From the human T2T-CHM13v2.0 reference genome, Homo sapiens: DNA of 64,000 nt. Position 1 is the first letter of the stretch. Every line of letters starts with the position of its first letter. Below are positions 15,170 through 26,839 of the stretch, one piece after another. Below the pieces are notes generated by a model, which did not search any database, was not told the origin of the DNA, and saw nothing but the letters and a program-made list of their open reading frames with translations. A program made the translations under genes and the position numbers. Where the stretch lies: assembly GCF_009914755.1 (NCBI RefSeq), contig NC_060933.1; one strand, given 5' to 3'.

Positions 15170-16039
15170 TCATCTGGGCATCTCCCTCCATCGCTTGGCT
15201 CTGCTCAGCTCTGTGCTGTAAAGTGTCAGCTGAGTGAGTCACCAGCAGCCCCGACCTACCTTCTCCTGGCGCCACAAATCCAGAGGAAAGAGGATTTCTT
15301 TTTCCCTATTTCCCACCATTGATTACAGGGAAACCTCTGACTGCTTTTGCCTGGTCAGGCGTCTTTTCCCTAAAAACATCTGTGGAGTCAAGGGCAATGG
15401 GTGCCGTAATGTCCAGCCTGGATCATCCGCTGTCCCCTCTGGCTCCTGGGGGGGCAGGTGGAGGTGGGGATCATGACAGACACTCTGCCAAGGCCGGATA
15501 GACAGCTGGAGTTGCCCAAAGGGACCAGAACAAGTGAGAGAGGAGAATGCTGGGCACACAAAGCCCACGGCCCTCAGCCCCTGCAGGGGCCACGTAGATG
15601 GACAGCTGGGAGTGGTGCTTTTGAAGAGTAGCCTTGGGAGAGAGGGAGGAGTGAAAGCTGGCATGTGGGAGCTGGTTGGTGTTTCACAATGTCCCATGTG
15701 CTCTGATGTGAGCTGGGTTGTGGCTGAAATCCTGCATCCTGGGGAAGGGCTGGAGAGCCCTCCTGGAGGGCCCGGGTGCCCCTTGTTTGAGGCACCTACC
15801 CTTCCGTCTTCAGAACCACAAAAGCACTTAAGCGTGGGTGTCAAAAACCGTGAATGCCCCGAGAGAGGAGCTGACACCATTTCCACTGCAGCACAGCTGT
15901 GTGCCCTGTGAGCGTGTCCAGACCCCAGACCTGCTGCATGGGCTTGAAGCGCCACAGACAGGCACCTGGTACAGAAGGTCGGACAGAGTGGAGAGTTCCA
16001 GTCAGCGAGTTCCTCGGAGGGCTGCATTTCAGGGATGCC

Positions 16040-16410
16040 TAGGGCTGCTCTGAGAAATAGAAAAAGGTTCTGTGATAGAAGTTTGGGGAACGCTGGGTTG
16101 AAGAAAGTTCACTTATTCATTCATCCAACAGATATTGATTATTTATTACATACCAGTGTTCTAAGGGCTGTGAGCACGCAAGGGAATAAAATAGACAAAA
16201 ATCCTTGCTTGGGTTTTACAGTCTAGTAAGAAGATTGAAGAGTTTTCTCTTCTGCAGGACTTCTCAGGGCCTTTAATATACAAATGGGCATCACCAAAAG
16301 GGGGTAAGGCAGGCTGTGTTTCCTAGAGTTATTGAACCCCAGAAACTCTTGTTGTGAGGGGGCACTTATAGAATTGTTGTTTTATGAAATAGATTTTGAG
16401 AAACACTAAC
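16040..16410. mobile_element. Old hAT-Charlie MITE (MER103-like) with an inserted L2 tail (-, about 16110-16225)
   Basis: tgcaggacttctcagggcctttaata motif; L2 tail ttattcattcatccaacagatattga. Confidence 0.4.
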
Positions 16411-16541
16411 ATCATCCAACCTCTTGTACAGATGGGGAAATTAAGACCATAGTCAACGTCGTTGGGCAGAACTGGCACTGGAGCCAATGTCTCCTGACTC
16501 ATGGCACCGGGCTCTTGCACATCCTTTCCCTTTGATTCCCA

Positions 16542-17038
16542 CCCTCCCTCCCTTCTTTTTCCTTCCTTCCTTCCTCTCCTCCTCCTCCTTCTTTTTCTTC
16601 TTTCCTTCTCCTCCTTCTTCTTTCTTTCCCTCCCTTCCTTCCTCCCTCCCTTCCTTCCTTCCTCTTTCTTTTTCTTTCTTTCTCTCTCTTTCTGTCTCTC
16701 TCTCTCCTTCCTTCCTTCTCTCTCTTCCTTCCCTTCTTTCTTTCTCTTTCCTTCCTTCCCTCTCTTCCTCCCTCCCTCCTTTTCTTTCTTTCTTTCTTCT
16801 TTCTCTTTCTTTCTCTTTTCTTACTTTTCCTTCCTTCCTTTCTTTTTCTTTTTCTTTCTTTCTTTCTCTCCCTTCCTTCCTTTCTCTTTCTCTCCTTCCT
16901 TTCTGTCTCTCCTTCCTTTCCCTCCCTTCCTTCCTTTCTTTTTTCTTTCTTTCTTTCTCTCTCTCTCCTTCCTTCCTTCCTTCCTCTCTTCCTTCCTTCC
17001 TCCGTTTCCCTTCCCCTTCCCCTTCCCTTCCTTTCTTC
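16542..17038. repeat. About 500-bp polypyrimidine (CT-rich) low-complexity tract
   Basis: Only 4 purines counted (16694, 16823, 16905, 17004) in 497 nt. Confidence 0.95.
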
Positions 17039-18073
17039 ATTCTTTCCCTGCCTTTAAGATATGGGAGGCTATAATGAACCTTGATGCCTGAGATAACACC
17101 TGAAAGCTCCCATGCTGGCCATGGGCCACCTGGGCTGGCATCCTGCTGAGACACCACACCTTTGACCACATAAACCATGTTCTGTGACCTCTCCCCATGC
17201 CCATCCCTGCTGACATGAACAGCCGGGCCCATACCTTGGGAAAGGAGGCAAACTGGAACATGGGAAGCAAAGTGAGACTGTGAGGGAAAAAGCTAGTTTA
17301 CAAAAGTCCAGCTGACATCTTGGTGCTTGGGGAAGTTGTCTGCTTTCTTGATTAGACGTATGAAGGGGGTTCTTTTCCTCTGTGGACATCCTTGAGTGCT
17401 CTCATGTCCCTCAGTTCATTCCTCAGTTCACAGTATGGGGACTATGTTTGGTGTCTGGAATCTGCAAAGAGCTTGCAATCTCCAGGTGTGTTGCTCATGC
17501 AGTGGCCAGGCCAGCGGGAGAGGTGTTAAAGCACAGAGCAGGAGACTGGAGGATAAAGGAGGTGAAATCACCTACACGATGTCATCAGTTGGTGACATCA
17601 CTTGGTGGAGCTAGGACTTGAAATCCAGGTCTCACTGTCCCCTCCCCCAATACCCAAGTTCTTCACTAAGGAGTGAATTGTCTTTAGGGGACTAGAAGCT
17701 CTTGATCAGTCAAGTAAGAACAAAGATTCCAGTTCCAAGAACCTCAGAAGGTTTGGGGGGCTATCAAATAAAATACCGTTTGTGACAGAATGTTGACAGC
17801 AGTCAAATGACGAGGGATGGTGTTTGCAGTAAAGCCACAGGTTCTATTCTAGGTGCTTTTCAAACATCACATTTTGCTGATAAGAAAACTGAGGCTCAGG
17901 GAGGTGAAGCCACTTACCCAGAGCCACTCACCTGGCAAAGGACCCTGGCCAGGGTCAGACTGAGACCTCCTTGGTCTGTGTTGAGAGCCGCGTTCTTTCT
18001 ACTGCCACTCATGGCCTGCCCCACAGCACAGGACAGTCAAGTTGTGAGCAACTGCTATTCTTTAAAATAGTCT

Positions 18074-18401
18074 GGCCGGGCGCAGTGGATCACGCCTGTA
18101 ATCCTAGCACTTTGGGAGGCCGAGGTGGGTGGATCACAAGGTCAGGAGATTGAGACCATCCTGGCTAACACAGTGAAACCCCGATTCTACTAAAAATACA
18201 AAAAAAAAAAAAAAAAAAAATTAGCCAGGCGTGGTGGTGGTGCCTGTAGTCCCAGCTACTCGGGAGGCTGAGGCAGGAAAGAATGGCGTGAACCAGGGAG
18301 GTGGAGCTTGCAGTGAGCCAAGATCGTGCCACTGCACTCCAGCCTGGGCAACAGAACGAGACTCCGTCTCCAAAGAAAAAAAAAAAAAAAGAAAGAAAAA
18401 G
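18074..18401 (+). mobile_element. AluY with expanded middle A-tract
   Basis: gagaccatcctggctaacac, gaatggcgtgaacc, ggagcttgcagtg; TSD aaaatagtct. Confidence 0.93.
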
Positions 18402-19409
18402 AAAATAGTCTATAAGTCGATCATTTGGGCATATGGACTGCCCTATCAGCCTGAAATGGGTGCTCTCGATCTCTATGACAGCCTCACATCCATCATTTTC
18501 TGGAATTTTCCACTTCTCCTTTCCCTTTTGTTCTTGCTTCCTGAAAACATAGAAACCTTATAATGAAATAAAACAACTGACTTCACCACAAACACAGCCC
18601 CTTCAACTGGCTTCTTTCTTTACTATTGTATCTTTGATTTTTAGACATTTCAGCAACCCCCAAATCATCTTAACATTTCCCCTAAACTGGAAAAATAAAA
18701 AATAAAACACTCCACTGGGGAAAGAAGGGAAATTGTATGTTCTTTTGTTTACACGAGTGTACAGAAAATCATTACAGACCTCCATGTGGCCTTGGTGATT
18801 TTCCATTGTGATATTGAAAGAGAAATGGATAAACTGGAGTTTGCAACCAATCTCGAGGGACTGCTTTTCTATTTGGGTGACCCCTGAAAGGCTTCTGAGC
18901 ATATAGTTATTTTTGAAGGAAAAGAGGAAAGGCTGAGGGGTGGCCACCATTACCAAGAGTTCACCCAGATGCTAACTTATTCTGATGTTTGCTTATTTTT
19001 ATTTTTATTTAATCTGATGTTTTGATGCAATTGTTCGTATTTTGTGTTTGACCTTAAACCATTATAATTCATCTTGGGCATGCCAAGAGAGGCAATTGAC
19101 TATTAGTGACCAGGAAGCAGCCTATTTTCTTAAAATGTGACCCAGCCATGTTCATTGAATTGATGTAAAGCAAGGTTAATCTGAGGGAGAGGTGGGTGGC
19201 ACTGCTTTGATCTTAACTCTCTTTGATCATAATTTACTTCTCTGCTGCTTGGAATAGAAACATGTTTCCTCTTGCCCAAGGTTTCCACCAAGAGGCCTTT
19301 ACACTTAGGGAAGAACTTGAGCCAAGTCCTGACCCGTGGATTCTGGATGCAAAATGTACAGACTCAGAATGAAGAATTGCTATCCTAAATTCTGAGCTGC
19401 ATGAATTCT

Positions 19410-20070
19410 AGGTATGGTAGATGGAGCACTGAATTGGGAGTTGGTTGATGTAATCCTCCCACACACTCTAGGAAGGAAGTTGTTCTTATGCCCATTTTAC
19501 AGATGGAGGTACCGAGACATGGAGAGTTGAACTAACTTGCCCAACCCAGTAAGTTGAGGAGCCTTGGATTCAAGTTCAGGGAATCTCCCTTCTCCCTGCA
19601 GAGATTGGAACCTTAATGACCAAGCCTAGAGGCTCTCCAGATCTTCTGTGTGACCTTGGGCCAAACTCCTCTCCTCTCTGGGCCCTGTTTCCTCTTCTCT
19701 AAAATAAGGAGACTTGGCTGGATAATTTCCAGGCCACCCTTTCTGGCATTGACTACATACAAAATTTTGTGATGTTCCCAAAAGTCCAACAGGCAACCTG
19801 ACTGTCATAGGTGATCCTGGTCAGATTTGATCTCCAGAGTCTGAAGAAAGAATTTAGCATGGATGGAGAGGAGTATTTAGCAAGTACCTGCTCTGTGTGC
19901 TACACGTTTCATGCATGTACTTCATGTTCATTCAATCGCCGCCATAATGTGATGAGGCCGGTCCTGTTATCCCCCTTTTACAGATGGGGAAACTGAAGTT
20001 CAGAGTGAGGATGTGGCTTGTCCACATACCTGAGGAGTGGTGGATCCAGGATTAGCCTCCAGTACCCCAT
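19410..20070. mobile_element. Cluster of MIR relics (both strands)
   Basis: MIR cores cccattttacagatggagg, tgtgaccttgggcc...ctgtttcctc, ttttacagatggggaaactgaag. Confidence 0.7.
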
Positions 20071-20089
20071 AGTACCCCCGTAAGAGCAT

Positions 20090-20275
20090 CCCTCATCAGA
20101 GCATGCTTGGTAATCTCCTGTTTATCTAGCTGTGTCCAGTCTAGACCATGAGTTCTGAGTAGCAGGGACTGTATTTTAGGCTTTGTATCTCCAGGTGCCA
20201 GCACAAGGTCTGGCCCACAAGAGATGATCATTGAGCATTGTTGAATGAATCCATGAATGAACAGATGAATGAATG
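20090..20275 (+). mobile_element. L2 3' end
   Basis: tttgtatctccaggtgccagcacaagg...ttgttgaatgaat...gaatgaatg tail. Confidence 0.75.
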
Positions 20276-20409
20276 GAACACTCCAGAGCTCATGCCATCC
20301 CCTGCACTAACTGCACGGGATGGTCTCTGTGGGAAGAAAAAGAGGGGTGTGGGGAGACAGGCTCAGATGGAATCCTCAGTTATGTGACTAACGGCTTTGT
20401 CTCATTCAG

Positions 20410-20785
20410 TTCCTAGGCCCAGATGTCCACCCTCCTTCACGAGCTCAGAATTGAGCTCGTATCGCCAACATGTTTTGCGGAAATGCTCATATAAACACTT
20501 GGTGAACCAGGAAGACTGTACCCTCATTCCTTTCTCCTGCTGCCTGCTAGGTTGAGTTAGAAAGCTTACTCTCGAGTTTTACTGGCTTGCTTGTGCTTTT
20601 TGGCATTTTCAAAATTTTGTACAATGATCTTCAAAAAGCAAAAATACATTAATTTTTTTAAAGGTAGGATCCATATGAGATTGGATCTTCATCTTCTAAC
20701 ACTTTGGAGAACAGAAAAGTGGTATTTGGAGATATAATCTTCATAAGAATTGTGGCACTGAATAAAAGAGCACTGGAAGAGGAAA
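20410..20785 (+). other. Candidate 3'-terminal exon (lncRNA or alternative last exon/3'UTR) of an unidentified gene
   Basis: Branch point GACTAAC 20386-20392; pyrimidine-rich ctttgtctcattcAG acceptor 20408-20409 (alternative AG 20415-20416); unique U-rich body with TGTA elements; AATAAA 20761-20766; 3' end approximate. Confidence 0.5.
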
Positions 20786-21535
20786 GAAACATAAAGGAAA
20801 GAAAGGAAAAGAAAAGACCAAAAGAAAAGCAAGGCTCCACTTGCAAATGAGAGAGCAACTTGGAAAACCTGCCACTCACTACCACTGATGCCCACAAGAG
20901 GGCGTCTCAGGGTCATCTGGAAGGCAAAACTCAAGTCCAAGATCCGCTTCCCAGCAGCTGGAAATGACCAATGAGTAGGTTCTGGAATATCAGCAATGAC
21001 CCTGGCTCTCCAGCACTTTACAGTTTACATTAGACTCTCCTCCCCGACGTCATTTGCACCTCCCAAGGCCAGTTCTCCCGGTGGTTTCCAGCCCTGGGGC
21101 GTTTGTGGTTCTCTCTGCCTAGTGGGATGCAACTGGCATTTAGTGTTTGTCCGTATGTGGGTGTGGCTGGGGAGGGCAGAGAGGCAAACAGCCCCGCACA
21201 AGCTGTACAGTCCCCCTCATCAAGATGTGGCACTCCCTCTTTGCCAATAGCAACTCCTTTTTGAAACACTGGGCCTGAAGCAATCATCTTGAAGACATTT
21301 TTCATCAATCTTGTTGAAATCAACCTGGTTTTTCAAAATAGAGGAAGCACATCAATGAACAGACAGCCTTGCCCCATTTCTTCTGGGAAGAGTCACAGGA
21401 GGGCCTGCAGTGGGCAGGCAGGGACCGTGTCTTTTCTCTACCACACTGGGAAGGGAGGGAAGGGGGGCAACTTGGCTGAAACCCACAATGGGCACTTAGC
21501 ATATGTTGTCACTTTTAGGGCCCACAACAACCTAG

Positions 21536-21938
<403 letters not shown>

Positions 21939-22309
21939 AGAATCAAGATTTTTAACCCCAGAAAGGCCCAGACTCCCCCAGCCCCACCACGGCTTCTATT
22001 GAGGCAGATACCAGCTTGGAGGTGGTTTTCCGAGAAGCCGTGAAAAACTGGGGTGGGCTGGGCTCAGGCTGTGACTCAGGGGGCCAAATTACCCCCTCCA
22101 GAATTCTAGCAGGCTGCGGGGAGGCCCATCTCTGGTTCAAATGTTCTGCGAGCTAGTGCATGAAATCTGTTCTTTTCCCCATTAATGCTTGCTGTACTTA
22201 CACTTCTTACTATAATTACTCTGCAGTAATTAACAAGGGAAAATAACACATCTGGGTCTATACTTCGGCTCCAAACAGATGTACAAGATGCAGAGGCATG
22301 CAGAGGTCC

Positions 22310-23960
22310 TTTCACTTATTCGGCAAATCTGGATGGAGCATCTACTATGCACCAGCCTGCTGAACTGCAGGTGTCCCTCAGTGAGCCAGGGAGCACAGCC
22401 CCTGCTGGGCATGAAGGCGGAGTCTTTGGCAGGAGGAAGGGGAAGTGCCAAGGCCCTGGGGTAGGAATGGGTTTATCATGTTTTGAGAAGCTCCAAAGGC
22501 CAGTGTGACTGAAGCAGAATGTATGGTTAGTGCAGGTGGGAGACAGGTCAGGGAAGGGGTGGAAAAAGACCTTGGAGGGCTCTGGAAGGCACCAGAAAGC
22601 AGCTGGATGGAATGCAGTGGGAAGCCCACTGGAAGGGATGAGGCAGGGTCATGGTAGACTCTGATTTTGTCTATTTCAAAAGGGACTGGGGCTGCCCTTT
22701 ATATCTGTGTGAATAATCTGTATGGGGGAGGACAAGAGAAGAAGCCAGGAGACCAGTTGGAGTGGGCATGGTAGAAGCAGAAAGGATGAATTTGGTGCAT
22801 ATTTTGGAGTTAATGTCCATGGGATTCACTGATGGATTGAATGTGTAGGTGGGAAATAGGAATGAAGGGACACTTGGTCAAGGTGTGACAGTGCTATAGC
22901 TGTGAGTCGCAGTCATCTGGAAATGCATTCATTCATTTATTCACTTATTTAGCAAAGACTGAAGGCCTGCTACATGCCAGGCCCTGTGCGAAGCACTGGG
23001 GATAGATCAGTGAGCGACAGCCACTGTGGTCCCTGCCCTCAGACACCACATGCAGAGTGCCAGACACGGCAGGAATGAAGCGGCAAACCGGGGGGAAGGA
23101 GGATAGAAGGTCCAGGGTCTCAAAGCTGCTAGGGTTGGGGTGGTGGGCAGGGAGGTTTCCCTGAGGAAGTGAGAGCTCCCCAGCTCCCCTGAGATCTGAA
23201 CAATTGGTGGGGGAAAGGGAAAGGGTGTTCATGGAGGTATTGTGATGACCAGAGGAGGCAGCAGTGTTTTTTTATTTTTATTTTTATTTTTATATTTTTT
23301 TCTAGAGACAGGGTCCCACTCTGTCACCCAGGCTGGAGTGCAGTGGTGCCATCAGGGCTCACTGTTACCTCAAACTCCTGGGTTCAAGCAACCCTCCCAC
23401 TTCACCCTCTTGAGTAGCCGGGACTACAGGCATGTACCACTGTGCCTGGCTATTTTTTTTTTCTTAAAAAAATTATTTTTCAGAGAGGGCGGTTCTTGCT
23501 ATGTTGCCAAGGCTGTTCCTGAACTCCTGGTCTCAAGCTATTACAGGCATGTGCCCCATGACCAGCAGCACTGGTGTTTGAAGGGAGGCTCTAGTAGAGG
23601 CAGTGAGCGTTGTGACCTGCAAAGGAGGCTGGGGCTGTTCCACGTGGGCACAGAAGGCTCAGATACCTCCTCAGCAGTAGAAGCATCTCACAGCGGTGGA
23701 ACAGGAGGACCAGCATTGATTTCCTGCATCTCAGATCCCTCTGCTTGCTGGGCAGAGACTGGATTGGAGATGACTATTGCAATAGAGAGAAGGGGACAGC
23801 CTGCAGATAGGCTTTGGGTTTCACACACAGGATTTGGTGATGGTTTGGCTGTCAGGAGGACAAGGAGAAAAGAGAGGGAGGAGTGGAGGGTGAGTCCTCT
23901 ATTTCTTGCTTGAGCAACTGAGCAGTTGGAGAAACCATTTATTGAGAAAAGGAAGACTCA
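22310..23960 (-). mobile_element. Two L2 relics, interrupted by an AluJ
   Basis: L2 tails tttcacttattcggcaaat and attcattcatttattcacttatttagc; bodies ccaaggccctggggtaggaatg, gatggattgaatgtg, ttcttgcttgagcaactg. Confidence 0.65.
23267..23564 (-). mobile_element. AluJ with internal deletion
   Basis: gagacagggtc, cctcaaactcctggg, cttgctatgttgcc. Confidence 0.85.
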
Positions 23961-24196
23961 GGATTTTGGAGAAAAGATTAGGAACTCAAAATTTGATTGA
24001 CATTTTGAGCAACAAACGAGAGTGAGGACAGAGAGAGATTCCTCAAGACTAAGGAGGGAGTCTGGGTCTGCAGATCCCATAGGTGCCTGGCTCCAGGTGG
24101 GACGGGCTGGAGTCAGCTTTTGTTTTGATTCTAGAAAAATAGTCATGCGGCGATATTTCTTGTATCTAGAGTTTCTGGAGTGAAGGTCACACCCAC

Positions 24197-24570
24197 TGAT
24201 ATGGTTTGGCTGTGTCCCCACCCAAATCTCATCTTGTAGTTTCCATAATCCCCACATGTTGTGGGAGGGACCAGGTGGAGATGATTGAATCATGGAGGCT
24301 GTTTCCCCCATCCTGTTCTCGTGATAATAAGTTAGTTCTCATGAGATCTGATGGTTTCATAAGGAGCTTCCTCCTTCACTGGGCACTCAATTTTCTTCCT
24401 TCCTGCTGCCGTGTGAAGAAGGATGTGTTTGCTTCCCCTTCTGCCATGATTGTAAGTTTCCTGAGGCCTCCCCAGCCAGGCCAAACTGTGAGTCCATTGA
24501 ACCTCTTTCCTTTATAAATTACCCGGTCTCGGGTATGTCTTTATTAGCAGCTTGAAAACAGACTAATACA
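24197..24570 (+). mobile_element. THE1C/D solo LTR
   Basis: tgatatggtttggctgtgtcccc...gactaataca; perfect 5-bp TSD cccac. Confidence 0.92.
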
Positions 24571-25485
24571 CCCACCATACACATATATATGCATAAAACA
24601 CTCTGGGAGGCTCCAAACCACAACCTCTTTCTCTCTGGGCGCTGAGGGTGGAGGGTGATATTTTTCTCTTCCTTTTGTTCTTTTTGTGTTTTCTCATTCT
24701 AGATTAAACATGGATTATTTATTTTCCTGTCTCTTTCCTCTTTTCTGTCCTCATCCTTGCAAAGGAACCCAAAGTTCCAGCCATATGGGCCTGGAACTGG
24801 GGTGTCCAGGAGAAAAAAGGCCACCCTGACTCCATGGAGCACTCCTGTTGCACAGAATTCTGGGACCTGGTTTGACCAGACTTGGACAAGCCCCCACTCT
24901 GCCCCCAGCTAGGAGGGGTCCTTGAACATCTTTTCTTCAATTTGCAATTGCGTTGGAGGGCATTCCAGGTGGAGGATATGAGCAGGTTAGATACCTGCAG
25001 TCAGGAGACAGCATGGAAATTAGGGGACCTGCAGAGAAGGGATGTGGCAGGAGCAATGGATATGAGCGACAGGGCGAGTGCACTGAGGGAGACAGGAGCT
25101 AGATCCTGCAGGCTCTTCTGGGGCCCTGGACTCCCCTGAAGCAGTGGGGGGTGGTTGTTGTGGCTGTTCCCATATATAGAGGAGGGAATGAAGCATCCTG
25201 CGGCACAGTGACTTGTCTTGCAGGGCTGAGGCTGGAAGCCAGGTCTCCCAGTGGGCTGGGGAGGCACAGGCTCTGAGGGAAGGGGGGCCCAGCGCAGACC
25301 CTGTCAGGTTCTTTCCATTCTCTCCTGCTCCCCCCAAGCCTTGTGAAGCCGCAGGGCCACCCCTCTCTGCAAAGGACAAGGCCAGGATTTGACACGGGAG
25401 CACTTCTCAAGGCTATTGGGAAAACTGGGACCCCTTCAAAGGCAGACACTGGGATAATTCCTCTTGAAGCCTCTGTAAATGCTGC

Positions 25486-25976
25486 GGAGGAGAAGGGGAA
25501 AGTAGGGAGGAGGGAAGAGGAAGGAAGGGAGGAGGGAGGAGGGAAGAGAAGGAAGAGAGGAGGGAGGAGGGAGGAGGGAAGAAGGAGGAGGAAGGCAGAG
25601 AAGAGGAAAGGAGGGAGGAGGAGGGTGGGGAAGGGAGGGAAGAGGGAGGAGGAAGGAAGAGGAAGACAGGGAGGAGGGTGGGGAGAGGAAGGAGGAGGAA
25701 GAAAGAGGAAGGCAGAGAGGAGGGTGGGGAAGGGAGGGAGGAGGAAGGCAGAGAAGAGGGAGGAGGGAAGCAGAGACGAGGAATGAGGTAGGCAGAGAGG
25801 AGGGAAGAGGGAGGAGGAAGGAAGAGAGCAGAGAGGAGGGTAGGGAAGGGATGAAGGTGGGGAAAGGAGGGAAGAGGGAGGCAGAGGGGAGTGAGGAGGA
25901 AGGCAGAGAGCAGGGAGGAGGATGGGGAAGGGAGGGAGGAGGGTGGAGGAGGAAGTGGGGAGGAAGGAAGAGGGAA
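25486..25976. repeat. About 490-bp G/A-rich polypurine tract (degenerate gaggaaggcagagag / gagggtggggaagggagg units)
   Basis: Direct reading; many GGG/GGGG runs. Confidence 0.92.
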
Positions 25977-26169
25977 TGTGGATATTGGTCTTGCATCACC
26001 TTTTAAAGGAAGGAATCCCACCCTCTCCAGGGAATGAAGACTCCTGGATCTCTCCTTCCTGGGGCCTCAGTTTCTCCTTCTGAGCAGGAAGTGTATAGGT
26101 GCCCTTTCTAGTGGCTTTCTCTCTCCTCCTCCCACCACCCACCCCTTTCCATTTCCCATCTGCAGAATT

Positions 26170-26700
26170 TCTCGCTCTGCGTGCGTTGAGGGGTGTGTAG
26201 GCAGAGTGAGGCGCTGCTGTGGAGGTTCGGGAGTCAACTGCTCTGTTCAGCAGCCACCCGCACAAGGTGGATCATTGTCACCTTCTCGGCTTCTAGTAAT
26301 TCTGTGCCCTGTCCTCGGCCCTCTTCCCCCTTCCTTCCCTCCACGGCGATCTCTCCTGCCCTGGGCTCTCCATAAACGCTCCCCGAGGGGCCTGGCGTCG
26401 CCGTCGCGGGCGAGTGTAATTGGGGACTTTTCCAGGCTGCGCGGTGCCTCGCGCTCCGGGGTACGGAGGGTCGGAAACTGCGGAGTCAGCGCTTCTGTCG
26501 AGCTCCCAGCGCAGCCCCTGAGGACCAGCTGGGGGTGGGGGTCAGGGGAGGGAGCGGGCGATCTCACCCTGCAGCCCGCACACTCAGGCCTACACTCCCC
26601 GGTTTGGAGCCCAGATAACCCCTTCCCGTCCTCCCCTCACCCGCGGGAACCCTGGAGAGCCGGTAGGGGAGGTTCGCACCCTGCGTTGCAGCTGCCTTGA
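26170..26700. promoter_or_regulatory. Short CpG island (candidate promoter or orphan-CGI enhancer)
   Basis: Roughly two dozen CpGs in 26340-26580; GC-rich and non-repetitive; CCATAAA, TAATTG and GGGACTTTTCC motifs. Confidence 0.65.
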
Positions 26701-26839
26701 CTTTGGCCCCTCTCCGATCTGTTTCCTCTTTAGGAAACCATGGAGATGCATACTGCCCCAGAGAACACAAGCGTGTTTATCAAAACCACTTCGTAAGCAA
26801 GGGTTGTGTACTTGCTGCGTGGGTGGGGGAGGCTCACCA

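Noticed and set aside
15323-16027. 234-aa minus-strand ORF (also 1980-2540, 11913-12404, 23242-23913)
   Set aside because: No recognisable domain, mostly non-ATG starts, partly repeat-derived, no exon structure; expected by chance in GC-richer DNA
16453-17232. Long ORFs (259, 195 and 196 aa), and similar ones at 7253-7804 and 25343-26021
   Set aside because: Stop-free only because they run through CT/GA low-complexity tracts; the peptides are compositionally trivial
17578-17599. Small hairpin GATGTCA...TGACATC
   Set aside because: Short, inside a MIR relic, chance-level
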